NCBI GenBank assembly: GCA_964591795.1
Contig: CAZQEL010000001.1
Location: forward strand, 52,779-84,778
Direction of reading: 5' to 3'
DNA: 32,000 nucleotides
From: an uncultured archaeon
GTDB taxonomy: Archaea > Iainarchaeota > Iainarchaeia > Iainarchaeales > CSSED10-239
This document shows, one piece after another, positions 20,301-29,200 of the stretch. Made by a program: the position numbers and the translations under genes. Position 1 is the stretch's first letter. Each line of letters begins with the position of its first letter. Under the pieces are notes generated by a model. The model was not told the origin of the DNA. It made no database searches and saw only the letters and a list, made by a program, of their open reading frames with translations.

Positions 20301-21277
20301 GTCGCTAAAGCACCATCAACAAAGCTAATTTGAACTGAATCAAGTTCACTTATAGGTTTATACCTATCATCATCATCATAAATCACAACATAGTATGTTC
20401 CTACTGAAACAGCATTAAAATAAACTACACCATTTGTGTTTGTAACACCTTCACGCACTGCTTGACTTTGCATATTATAAATTGAAACAGATACATTTGA
20501 AACTGGAACTTTTAAATCTTTATCTAAAACAGTAATTGTTCCATCACCTAATTTCATTGCTTCAAAACTTAAGTTAACTTCACCAGCTGCATTATCTTCA
20601 TTTACTTCTAAAGATTCTAAAGCATTAACTGTAGATGATTCTATTGACACTTGTAAATAACCACAATCAGAAGGAATATCTGTTAAAGTAATTATTCCAT
20701 CATTTATAGAAATATCACTTTTTATATAATCTTCATTTCCAGAACATGTTATACTTGAAACTGTTAATGGAGATGAATATAATTCGTTATTTGATTTAAA
20801 ATTAATTGTTTTAGAAAGAGTTTTTATTTTTAATTTTAAAGTTACAGTAAAGTTTAATTTTTCACTAAAATTTATTTCCTGAGGAGTTTCAATTAAATAT
20901 TTATCACTATTAATACCTAGTGTGATTTTTTCTTTTTTAACATCTGAGACAATTGCAGCACCATAAGCATCAGAAACTAATTGTTTCTTAGTACTACCAA
21001 ATAAAATATTAAAGGATTGATTAATTATAGGTTCGTTTTGATTATCAACAAATTTAAGAGCATAACTTTCATCTGTAGTTGGAGTTGTTCCAACAAACAT
21101 AAAAACTAAAAATATTATTAAAAGCAGTATAATTAAATTAAATAATAAAAAAGTTGGAATTCCATGCTTTTCTAAAGGATCAACAATTTTATATAAATTT
21201 ATTCCTTTTTTTTCTAAGTTATCAAGAAACTTAAAATATTTTTCTTCTTGTTTGTAGTAAAAAGCTCTTAAACCCAT
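14354..21277 (-). CDS. Giant N-terminally anchored surface protein, paralog D, with CarboxypepD_reg/PEGA-like repeats and a Q/N/Y/G-rich insert
   Basis: 2307-aa ORF. ATG at 21277 with no Shine-Dalgarno but TATA-like sequence about 15-30 nt upstream. N-terminus MGLRAFYYKQEEKYFKFLDNLEKKGINLYKIVDPLEKHGIPTF followed by the TM helix LLFNLIILLLIIFLVFMFV. Confidence 0.95.
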   Translation of the reverse strand: MGLRAFYYKQEEKYFKFLDNLEKKGINLYKIVDPLEKHGIPTFLLFNLIILLLIIFLVFMFVGTTPTTDESYALKFVDNQNEPIINQSFNILFGSTKKQLVSDAYGAAIVSDVKKEKITLGINSDKYLIETPQEINFSEKLNFTVTLKLKIKTLSKTINFKSNNELYSSPLTVSSITCSGNEDYIKSDISINDGIITLTDIPSDCGYLQVSIESSTVNALESLEVNEDNAAGEVNLSFEAMKLGDGTITVLDKDLKVPVSNVSVSIYNMQSQAVREGVTNTNGVVYFNAVSVGTYYVVIYDDDDRYKPISELDSVQISFVDGALATSEVLIEKAFIGKLKFKVVNAITKEPVLNVTTSLYKGNVVIKTETTDDTGLVSFGVEENISYKVVFNNESYILKTENNLRINDNVKPISLVPITNENIRSLIITVKDVLLSPVDFATVRLWDADEGIVLQTMTADIYGKVIVTNLDTERTYKLDAVKGKFTSDYTNPFKISEQEINEQTIKMVIGEGTFNLILKSEFGENYSGNIYVYDSSNDMILNDKTTTTNQDGFTLIKIRADKQVYFAIDNFESQFITPRYSIDASEVKNLEFTLPRSSNTSGIEFLGFYDATGEKINSVAPGAQVTARFILNVTKSFSKVTAHIRTGETPNPLCSTRSYNVSEDNLFIKDVRYSKSDVLGSLTYTPCLGQTTDFSNKTLRNAKWFNLTIKNPVLGSHLIEADIIVLDTAFTNQAVNYRAEFYKGASVVRTPVDTSLVSTSTKQTLYAQSKQVQLFTGSYNQCTSLLCYSFIITNTQTNLSKSIVDKYNAQINNDYRLSFSLNMMDLKIAPDAVLLVTTGSSVVLKEYIINSSSGSILRSDDFSEISLGNLTSNDLVTGEVNFKVVDDVSDTINFTVVSNGQEVFSKSILIDIKAAKKMTIEYVPRKIVPFLTNNMMISVSDDSNVSVKNANVAILLNNETIETGVTNDQGLFGFILPAPNVSDVLRIIVTKNEYRMQDIELVIDDKLITPVPKEITLTLDASRDVKEIYNFSLINETYVPLTVMSIEQTAASEYVDLKFNLTDSLIDNASQADVELSATLTEKGINLYTQETFKTDVLIKFKNTELNKIWTVTIPVTVRIVLGNSLDSLDCLKILPVEGTLRTKSNEATTLDFTLENKCTVNSRPVDLGQIMATLDWKNKSEVGTFSISVSNKEAILENLVDTLVISSLPRNSKTTMQLKFKAYKINSAVETPIINFKSTKGNINGVDVVETSLKTNVIVNDYSTCIEIPKQAVPILGCNWFGGYGMYNQYHGQNNFGQMNQMNNPYYGGNNFTQSYNMNNQYNRNNQYQQGSGYYTQQQGYNYPQYNLVGQTGYTGTQASSVNPYNYPTGQAQNMSGYNNNYNFSSGYPQGNYGAQGNTNNMNCPVRPTYIKNNCLEAVDLKLDPNYGITITSDAEFSLNPGDSEEVLLMGGEEMGSFNIPVSVKPSVSSSTAYSLVGKIPVSVTLPISFMPSKCIQVTPQKLDFSNIVDPKYQIVKVMNSCFSEGYRLVEVNYLDLMDLNFDGVSFLNVGEMQGRIQPIKVDYLTDLKTNDPIEVWEIALRRNPEISKTISAKEYLNKYKTNSVAAGLVSTFRRMLIDVEDTVNLKFILSVGLQSPQGQSSIIYNNIGMQLTDNFQWLILDNKDNWDILNEFTGDQDMTDEELEFVDTSVKLTYKIDSARNAVFIQVPEAELAFNKFKQIDQEPEVTRCFFGYVKDFPITGIKETSHIKDIGLFYLPDTYDPLKVSIEFVTRNKNVFKLCFTRPVEAFENDFVINSKLPIYDLFKEKFELWAINEESSKTYLQGHTFIGVDTKVATNELSFIEPSDPNADSDDLDTQDLILCNAPDLSENQDGFTGTKAYEKYGFDKILFEYSNITGNTCNEYYCDQEQFYDYLKFKANGLDDLSNTTNFVKLGDIYFEIANNTIKVNPIKVNLCDGVCDAFSKGDNSINAYVTSAESLLNNIPDELKEITIIKTHKLTVNGSNIISLGGYNYTTVKYFLDNYNDLGLTSEDKVALYSDMEVYFGASPQVFTSNLKKFSQTKEEYNNKILIKYNNNIYKKYDFEYTEDKNILVPGTYIVKLLNINDNNVSITIGDLVNGISDDYKQNILFYMPINPDYQKSLNVLRAPYLPEYIKTTYTTDNWSSLQEGYIFTLKDMVNYNFTNSRPFYFSKNYALKLIEVSENNTEIASLDVASKLFLLSDNTNQKVTIYANPKFTQYTKVFAATTNNDNQFTIYNLNMNNVSPRLTYNNMTQVFNEIKNNNVCFMSDSSEIKLWHNPDNFKNN
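17066..17446 (-). other. Q/N/Y/G-rich prion-like low-complexity segment in D (residues 1278-1404)
   Basis: GCNWFGGYGMYNQYHGQNNFGQMNQMNNPYYGGNNFTQSYNMNNQYNRNNQYQQGSGYYTQQQGYNYPQYNLVGQTGYTGTQASSVNPYNYPTGQAQNMSGYNNNYNFSSGYPQGNYGAQGNTNNMNC. It contains almost no charged or aliphatic residues. Confidence 0.9.
19496..21080 (-). other. Protein-level array of CarboxypepD_reg/PEGA-like repeats in D (residues ~66-594)
   Basis: Examples: ITVLDKDLKVPVSNVSVSIYNMQSQAVREGVTNTNGVVYFNAVSVGTYYVVIYDDDDRY and LKFKVVNAITKEPVLNVTTSLYKGNVVIKTETTDDTGLVSFGVEENISYKVVF. Confidence 0.6.
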
Positions 21278-21290
21278 AAGTTATTCTCTC

Positions 21291-21309
21291 TTTTATATAT
21301 ATATTATAC
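21291..21309 (-). promoter_or_regulatory. TATA-box-like element upstream of gene D, candidate promoter of a D-C-B-A operon
   Basis: Minus strand reads GTATAATATATATATAAAAGAGAGAATAACTTATG. The TATA-like run is centred about 19-26 nt upstream of the ATG and there is no SD, which fits a leaderless or near-leaderless archaeal transcript. The call is weak because the whole spacer is AT-rich. Confidence 0.3.
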
Positions 21310-21393
21310 TTAAACAGCATAATCCTTTAAAAACTATGTTATTTATTAAATAATAATTGTGCTTATATATTTAAATACCTTTTTATTAACCAT

Positions 21394-21447
21394 AAAAAGT
21401 TAATAGATTACAAAAACACTGTTTTTCAGCTAAAAACTAATTAAAAA
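21394..21447 (-). terminator. Cluster of T5 runs after the pilin-like gene
   Basis: Four T5 runs on the minus strand lie within about 55 nt of the TAG stop (plus-strand A5 at 21443-47, 21432-36, 21412-16, 21394-98). Confidence 0.35.
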
Positions 21448-21448
21448 C

Positions 21449-23113
21449 CTAATTTGAAACACATGCAGCAGTACCAGATTCTCCTGCTTCATAAGTTTTA
21501 CAACTCCATCCAGGATCACTTGTTTGGTCTACAATTGTAAATAAATTAAAATAACCATTATTATTTAACGATGCAAGAGGTACAGGATCAAAAAATGAAT
21601 ATTGAGAATAACTATCTTCTAATTTCACATATATTTTTGTAGTTTCATTTGAAAGAATATATCTCGGATTAGTTTCATTAAATTCAAAAAGTAAACTAGA
21701 TTTTTTAGGAGTATGACATCTAAGATATTGATTATCTGGAACTTGATTAATCACAGAAGTATCATTTAGGTTAAATAAATTACCATCTGCATCAATAGAC
21801 AGTCCAAGATTTGATGCTTTATTAAAAAATAATATATCAAATGTATCTGAAGTTAAAGTAGTTAATGAACCATTAAAATTAATCAATTTTTCAGAAATAT
21901 TTTTTGTAATTTTACTATTAGAAAGCATTTTAACATCACATATTTCAAAATCATAATTAGAAGTTAAATTATTTAAACAAGATAATCCATTTTCACTAGT
22001 TAATTTTAATCCACCCTCATAACCTATAAAACTTCTATTATCTAAATTATTTTTAACAGTAGTTTCTAAAAGATCTAAAAATATTGATTGAATATGAGAT
22101 GTTTGAAGATTATAATCAAATGAATCTGATAAATTAATAGTAGTTCCTAAAACTATAATTCCATTTCCATTATTTGCTTGAAAATTAATTACTTCTTCAG
22201 GTGCTTTACATTCTGCTCCTATAAATCCATTTTTAGTAACTGTTTTATACAAGTCTGTTCTCGGAGCACAACTATCTATATCACAAATACCAACTTTTGC
22301 ACTGTTTAATGCATAATTAATATGAGGATTCAAAAAACCCTTTGAATTATAAAGATTATTTAAAATATATTCACTATTTTCTTCTTTTTCAAGATCAACT
22401 CCAAGAGCAAAATTTCTTACAGTTCGCATTGCTTGAAAACCTCTCCAAGGTAGATAAATTCTATATTCTCTTCTTGCAAAAACAGGTCTCTGAATAACTT
22501 GATCATCAATATTTCTTTTAACTACAATCATTGGTAATTTTTCATAATCCGTTGACGATAACTTTCTTGTATCTATTTTAAAATAAAGAGTACCAATACA
22601 AAAGTCAGATGCTTGTTCACAACCAATAACTTTTATTTTTTCATCAGAAGCAATAAAAGCTTTTCCAATTATATCTGCAAGTTCAACTTGATTATAATCA
22701 GGAATTGTAATTGTATATCCTAAAGGAGGATTAGTATACTCTAAAGACTCAGTTACAGATAATGCAAAATAAGTTTCAAAACTATTATCAAAAAAAATTT
22801 TATTAGCATAATTCTCAATAAATCCATTCCAATCCATAGTTGCAAATTGTCTTGTAATAGTTACAACATTCTCTGGTTCACTTCTATATTCAGCCCATCT
22901 TTCTCTAAAGCTTACAACAAAAATATTAAATGCATCTGCTCTTGATAAATCTGCAATTGTCATTAGATCTGATGTTTTTGATTGATCTTGAATTAAAGAT
23001 AAATAGTTTTCTTCAGTTTGAACCATATTATATACAAAAACAATAGTTATTGATACAAGCATTAAAGCAATTAAGGCAGTAAAAAGATTAAATCCTCTTT
23101 TATTTTTAAGCAT
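21449..23113 (-). CDS. Large type IV pilin-like protein with a class III signal peptide
   Basis: The track ORF 21449..23128 begins at a TTG. The in-frame ATG at 23113 has GGTG 9 nt upstream and gives MLKNKRG/FNLFTALIALMLVSITIVFVYNMV. That is a short basic leader, then Gly, then a hydrophobic helix of about 22 aa, the layout of prepilin-peptidase substrates. There is no Glu at +5, which is more archaeal than bacterial. C-terminus has a Cys pair, CKTYEAGESGTAAC. TAG stop. Confidence 0.9.
   Translation of the reverse strand: MLKNKRGFNLFTALIALMLVSITIVFVYNMVQTEENYLSLIQDQSKTSDLMTIADLSRADAFNIFVVSFRERWAEYRSEPENVVTITRQFATMDWNGFIENYANKIFFDNSFETYFALSVTESLEYTNPPLGYTITIPDYNQVELADIIGKAFIASDEKIKVIGCEQASDFCIGTLYFKIDTRKLSSTDYEKLPMIVVKRNIDDQVIQRPVFARREYRIYLPWRGFQAMRTVRNFALGVDLEKEENSEYILNNLYNSKGFLNPHINYALNSAKVGICDIDSCAPRTDLYKTVTKNGFIGAECKAPEEVINFQANNGNGIIVLGTTINLSDSFDYNLQTSHIQSIFLDLLETTVKNNLDNRSFIGYEGGLKLTSENGLSCLNNLTSNYDFEICDVKMLSNSKITKNISEKLINFNGSLTTLTSDTFDILFFNKASNLGLSIDADGNLFNLNDTSVINQVPDNQYLRCHTPKKSSLLFEFNETNPRYILSNETTKIYVKLEDSYSQYSFFDPVPLASLNNNGYFNLFTIVDQTSDPGWSCKTYEAGESGTAACVSN
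23021..23113 (-). other. Class III (prepilin-type) signal peptide of the pilin-like protein
   Basis: MLKNKRG | FNLFTALIALMLVSITIVFVYNMV. The putative cleavage site is after Gly7. Confidence 0.6.
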
Positions 23114-23122
23114 CTGTATATA

Positions 23123-23126
23123 CACC
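23123..23126 (-). promoter_or_regulatory. Shine-Dalgarno core GGTG for the pilin-like gene (supports ATG 23113 as the start)
   Basis: Minus strand reads AATATTGGTGTATATACAGATG, with a 9-nt spacer. Confidence 0.4.
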
Positions 23127-23190
23127 AATATTTATAAAATATTAATTAAAATATATAGAAGTAGTTTAGGTTTTTATATATTTCTTTTTT

Positions 23191-23209
23191 AAAAATAAAA
23201 AAAGAAAAA
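23191..23209 (-). terminator. Oligo-T termination signal after gene E
   Basis: Minus strand reads CTTTTTCTTTTTTTATTTTT, beginning 24 nt after the stop at 23233. Confidence 0.4.
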
Positions 23210-23232
23210 GATTAAATTTTTAAAAATTAAAA

Positions 23233-26200
23233 TTATTTAATCTTTTTTATTGAACAAGAATCAATTCTTGTAGTTGGCATTGATGAAATAATACTTGGGT
23301 CTTGAGTATTATATGGATTAATATCAATTACATATCTTGACTTATAATCCCCATCTGAAGGTTCAATATATTCCATGCTTGCAACATACAAAATATTTTT
23401 TGTAAAAGTTGCATCTTTTTTAAATTCAATTGAATAATTTAAATTTGTCATACCATCATCTTGAAGACTTCTAATACCAGCCCAATTACCTAAAAGACCA
23501 CAACCAAGTCCTCTTGCAAATCCACCAACTCCTCTTACCCACTTAGCTGATTTTCCAACTTTAGCTACTTTTGATCCATTTAATTTTTTAAAATCATTTA
23601 ATAATTCATCAGGAACTACATATTTACCTGTAGTTGGATCTAAAGTTAAACCTTTTAATTTATTACTTAAACTAACTAAAGCAGCTTTATCTACTTTCTT
23701 TGCTACTAATTGTGAATTTAAAGTAGTTAAATCAGAAGAAGCTTTACGTGCTGCTTTATTACCAATTTGTACTTTATTAGGGTCTAATTTTACTTTTCTT
23801 GGATTTAAATTTGATCTTGCATTATTTTTTTCAATAGCTTTAATTTTATCTTCTAAAACCTTAATTGAGTCATCAGTATTTTTAATAAGTCCAGTTTTAG
23901 GATCATCTAAACTATTTACAATATTATTACGTGAAACATTATCAATTAAATTAACAGCACTAGTTGTTCCTACACCAGATATATGTAAATTAGATTTTGC
24001 TTGTATAAGTCTATTTGCGAATAAATCTTTACCTACCAAATGACTATTTTTTCCAACCATAGATCCATTTTTTATTATCCTAGAAAAATCATCAATTTCA
24101 GTTGAAGATAATTTAGTAAAATCAATTGGATTTGTATGAGAATATATTTTTGTATATAATTGATTAAATTTAGCTAAATCAGTAGGATCTGCAGCAACGA
24201 ATTTAATTGGATCTACACCAAGAAAATATCTATCAAAATTTTTTAATTGACTATTAAATAATTTAAATTCTTGAGATGACAAACCAGTTCCAGGAATTAT
24301 TGGTTGAACCTGAGTAAAAGGATCTGTACCTAAATCTAATACAGTTTCGCCTATTCTTAAAGGAGCAGCAGCAGCAGAAGAACCTGTTTTAAAAATACCT
24401 GCAGTTAATGAACCCATAGTACCTGCAAACCAAGTACTAACTGATTCTGCAGCAGGACCAAATAATTCAAAGTTCTTTGATGAAAACAAACTTCCTAAAA
24501 CTAAATCAATACCCTTACCTATTCCACCATCTCCATTATACATAGTAGATGCAAACACATCTAATGCAGGAAGACCACATGAAAATGCAAGACAATCAAT
24601 TGCAGCTCCAAAAATTGATGCTGGCATAACTAAAGCTGATACCGCATAACATCCAGCACAAACTGCAGAACATTTACCAAAGTAAATTCCAGCATTGGTT
24701 AAGGATTTATTAAGTTTTGAATTATATTTTTGATCAGAATCTTTTATAGTACAATTTAAATTTTCATAATCAAAAAACAACTTTGTATTCCTTGAACTAT
24801 ATTCAGAACTATTAATTACCTTTTCAATAACAGCACAAAACTCTTCTTTTTCTTCAGGAGAATATATTTTACTCCAATCAATAAGTGCATAGTTATTTTG
24901 AGGGAATACTTTATTATCTTCTTTATTATGTTCAGTAACAATTGTTTGATATGTTTTTAATAAAAAGCTTTCAGGAGTAATTGCACATGAAGTCAATAGC
25001 ACATCAACATTTGCAATTCTATTTCCAATAACACCTTCACCCGAATAAATACTGTTTGCAGTAATTTTAATTTTTTGATTTACAAACAAACTAATATCAT
25101 TTGGATTTTGAGGTTTAACACAAAATAAAAAGTTACTATCTTTATTTTGTATAAGGTTTAAATTAATATTATCATTTAAAGAATCGCCTTCATTTAATTT
25201 AAATCCACTAATTAAGCCTTCTCTTTTTTCAGAAGTTATGTTTAAAGTTTCATCAATTGAGGATTTAATTTTCAAAGAAGTACAACTAACATCTTCATTT
25301 AAAGGAATAATAGGTTCTTTAGTTGTAAACATTAAATCTCCTGCTTTAATAGTATCTAAAATAAGCATATAGGAATTATCTTCTGAGACACATACTTTCA
25401 AAGAAGTGTCATTCTTAACTACCATTGCACGTATTACATTGACAAAGTCTTTTGAAACTTTACTTGGAACTAAATTATTTGAAGTAACATATTTTTTATT
25501 TAAAATAACATTTATTTGTTCAGGAGCAGATATATTATAATCTTTAAGATCACTAAATACTATTTTTCCAAGTGCAACATTATTTTCTGTAATATCATCT
25601 ATTGAAACATTTAAAGTATTATTTCTACTAGATAAAATATCATAGGAATAAACATATCTTGTATTAGGATCAGTTCCAAATTTACCAATAGCTTTAATTA
25701 AATCTTTAGAAAGATTAGAATCACCTGTAAATAAAGTTACCCAACTTCCTTCTCTTTGATTTTTAGATAAACCTAAATCCCAAGGCATGAAATTTAAATA
25801 GTTTGTAATTTTCTTTTTACAATGTGATGTTTGTTCATATTTTAAAACGTTTAAATAATAGTAAGCTCTATCTGGATAGATTGAATCTGGACTAGCTGCA
25901 ATAAATCCATCAATTTCAACTGTGTATTTTCCACAACCCTTAAATTGATTAGATAAAAATATTTTATTTCCACCAACATAAACACCCAAAGCACTTTTGT
26001 TATTTATTAAAAATGGATTTGTTTCAATAAAATAATTCTTAAAAGAATAATTTGATTTGTTTAAAGCATATTTAACAAGATCAACTGAAACCATATCATT
26101 TTGCATATAAAAAGTAAATTCTAATGGATTTATATCTCCAATCTCAGAAATTTTACAAAATCCATTTCTTGCATCAGCTACAGAACAACCAGTATTCATT

Positions 26201-29200
26201 AATTTAGCTTGAGCTTGAGAGGATACTTGTTTTATTTGACTTTGAAGTTCATCTACTTTTTTTAATAAAAATTCAGCAGAAGATAAACCATCACAATAAC
26301 CTGAACTCTCAGTACAAGCACCTATTGATACAACCGGTGTATTTATTGTACTTGTATTTTGAGAATCACTGCATAAAGGTAATGAAGAAATATTAGAAAC
26401 CATTTTATCTCTAGATTCTTCTACAGAAGCATCCTGTATATTTATAGACACAGTAAAATCTTCAGATGAAACTTGGTTACCCGAATTTAAAAGTCTACCT
26501 AAAATTATCATTGGCATTTTTGGAGAACCACCAAGTGAAATAGCACTAAGTTCTAAATTATAAGTTGCTGTTTGATTAGGATAAATTATATTTCCAGAAC
26601 CACTAGCTGGAGATATCTTTAAAGGATTTAACCCAAATGTTTCTGTGTAAGCATCAAGTTTTTTATCAATACCAATAACTGAAACTGGTTCTGCACAATA
26701 ATTTGTTAAAGAAACATTTCTATTTCTTTTTTCTCCAACTTTTAAAGTAAAATCTAAATGTTTATTACTTACTTTTAAACAATTTGGAGAAGAAATTGTA
26801 AACACAATTTGAGTTGTAGCACTAATTGGATTGTTAATACCAGCCGCTTTACCTGTAACTAAAATAAACATATTGTCAGTTGTTGATTTTTTAATATTCA
26901 CTTCAAATTGAAGATCAATAGGTATTGTTTTACCTGGTTCTAAAACATTAATTTCACGAGGATATTCTGTAACTCCAATATTTGAAGAAACTATTTTTGG
27001 ATATTGACTTATTTGAATATCAGTAATTGGAACAGTACCAATATTTTTAATCATAAATCTAGTTGAGTTAACTGCAGATTGTTGAGCATTAAGTTGTGAA
27101 ATTGGAACTTGTATTAATGAAGGCATAATCCATAAAGCCTTACTTAAATCTAAAAGATCTATATTTAATAATGATGGAGAAACTGAATAATAATTGTTAT
27201 TCCATAAAATATCATAGGTATATTTTGCTGCTTGTTTTCTATTAGAATGATTTTTAATAATTACATCATACACTTTTTCTTCTCCTGCAAGAACAGTAAC
27301 ATTACCTAAAGATAATTCAATATCTTTGTTTGCAGACATAGAAGATGAAGTATATTGTGGTGTAAAAGTTACATTTTGAGAACAATTATTTTTTATAATA
27401 AAGAAAGTTGTGTTCTCTGTATATTCACTTGTTGTATTTGGCATTGATGAATAATAAGTATAATAATTAGGATCAGTATAGGTTCTAGTATTAGATGAAC
27501 CTGAATAGTTTCTAGTATTATTCTGAGATGACATATATTCGTCATAACTATTATAGTTTTGAGATTGAGCTAATAATGGATTTTGATTATTATTGGAATT
27601 ATAATTATAACTGGTATAAGGTGTATTAAACACATCAGGTGCAGTGTATTCTAAATTTAAACCAACAAAAGAATTTACTGCATTTGGAGTAATTGTTAAA
27701 CAATCACTTAAAATAAGCCCTTTATTTATTCTTACAGGAATTATTTTTGTGATTTCTCTAGAACCAATTGTTGCAAAGATTGGTATTTTTACGTATGCAG
27801 TTGTAAATTGTAAATCATTACCAATTGTAACAACAGCTTCAAAAATTTGAGAAGATTTTTTATTAATTGAAATTGCACCTCTAATATCAACAAAAACATC
27901 ACTAGGGCCTTCAATCCAAATAGGATCTCCAAATCTTATATTATTTGCAATATAATCTCCATTGTTTTGTATTGAAAAACTTTGAGATGAAGTTATTTGA
28001 TCAGTTCCTAAGTTAATTAGAATTTCCTGTGGAGTTAAAATAAATAAAGAATCATCAACAATATATAATTCTTTTTCAAAAGGAGTATAACCGTAACTAT
28101 CAACAACCATGGTTATTGATGAAAAATTAAATTTATTATCTATTGTGTATTTTCCATTTTCACCATTAGTACCTTCTGCTTTTACAAATAAAATAAATTC
28201 AAGAGTTTCAGTATTATAAAATGAAATTACAGCATTATTAATTGAAGATAAATTAGATGCATCTAAAACATCAACAGTAAATTTAGAACCATATGGTACA
28301 AATGAATCAGGATTAACCACTACTTTCATTTCTTTTTTATCATGAATATTAAAACTTAATCTATTATCAGAAACTGAATTACCTAAAATTGTATCAGTTG
28401 ATTTAAGATCAATGTAAGCTGTACCAATTTCTTTTGCAATAAAAGAAAGATATATCTTTTTTAAAACATTACCTGAAATTGATAGGCCATCTCTTGTAAC
28501 TTCAAAACTATCAATTGATTGAGATGCATTATTTAAAGATCTATTATCTGAAAATAAATTTAATGACACCAATGGAAAACTCTTTGATGTTTCTGCTAAA
28601 ATATTTAATTGAGTATTTTTTAAAGAATAAATATTTGTTTCAAGAATATATTCTTCGCCTTTGACAGCATAGAAATCCTCAACACTAAATTCATTATCTT
28701 TTGAATCTATAAACTTATTAGAAATACAAAAATTATCTTTACAATCTAAAGGTACATCAAACAAATCAACAACAACTTCTTTTGTGTTTGCATAAAGAGC
28801 TGATTTTTTGTTTGTTGAATAACTTTGATTTAAAAAAGTGTCTATTGGATCTCTAAAATATAATTTATTTTCTTCGTATAAAACTCTATATTTAAATTTT
28901 AATTTTGTAACAGATAAATCAACAGCACTTACTTTAATTTTAATTTGTTTGTTTGAAAGTGGTATTGTTGACACCCATTTAAGTTCAAGCCATTTATTTA
29001 AAACATCAGAAGAACCCTCATTTAAAAAATCTGTTGACTGCATTCCAGGTTCTGGAGCAGGATTATAGGAAGTACTATATTTAAAATTTGTAATATCCAT
29101 GGCCATAAAACCATTTATACCATAACTCATTTCTTCAGAATCAGTTTGAGTATCATCTCCTGCTCTGATATGCACTTCTCCCTTATAAACGTTTTCTGGG

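Noticed and set aside
21449-23128. A complete type IV pilus or archaellum operon
   Set aside because: Only one pilin-like gene is present. No ATPase (Walker A/B), polytopic platform protein or prepilin peptidase is encoded anywhere in the window.
7044-29068. Remaining short plus-strand ORFs in the track (7044-7250, 8508-8702, 10697-10891, 10935-11123, 10958-11254, 11699-11926, 27644-27850, 28838-29068)
   Set aside because: All are 60-100 aa, antisense to or overlapping the giant ORFs. They lack translation signals, and several overlap one another in different frames. I treat them as noise.
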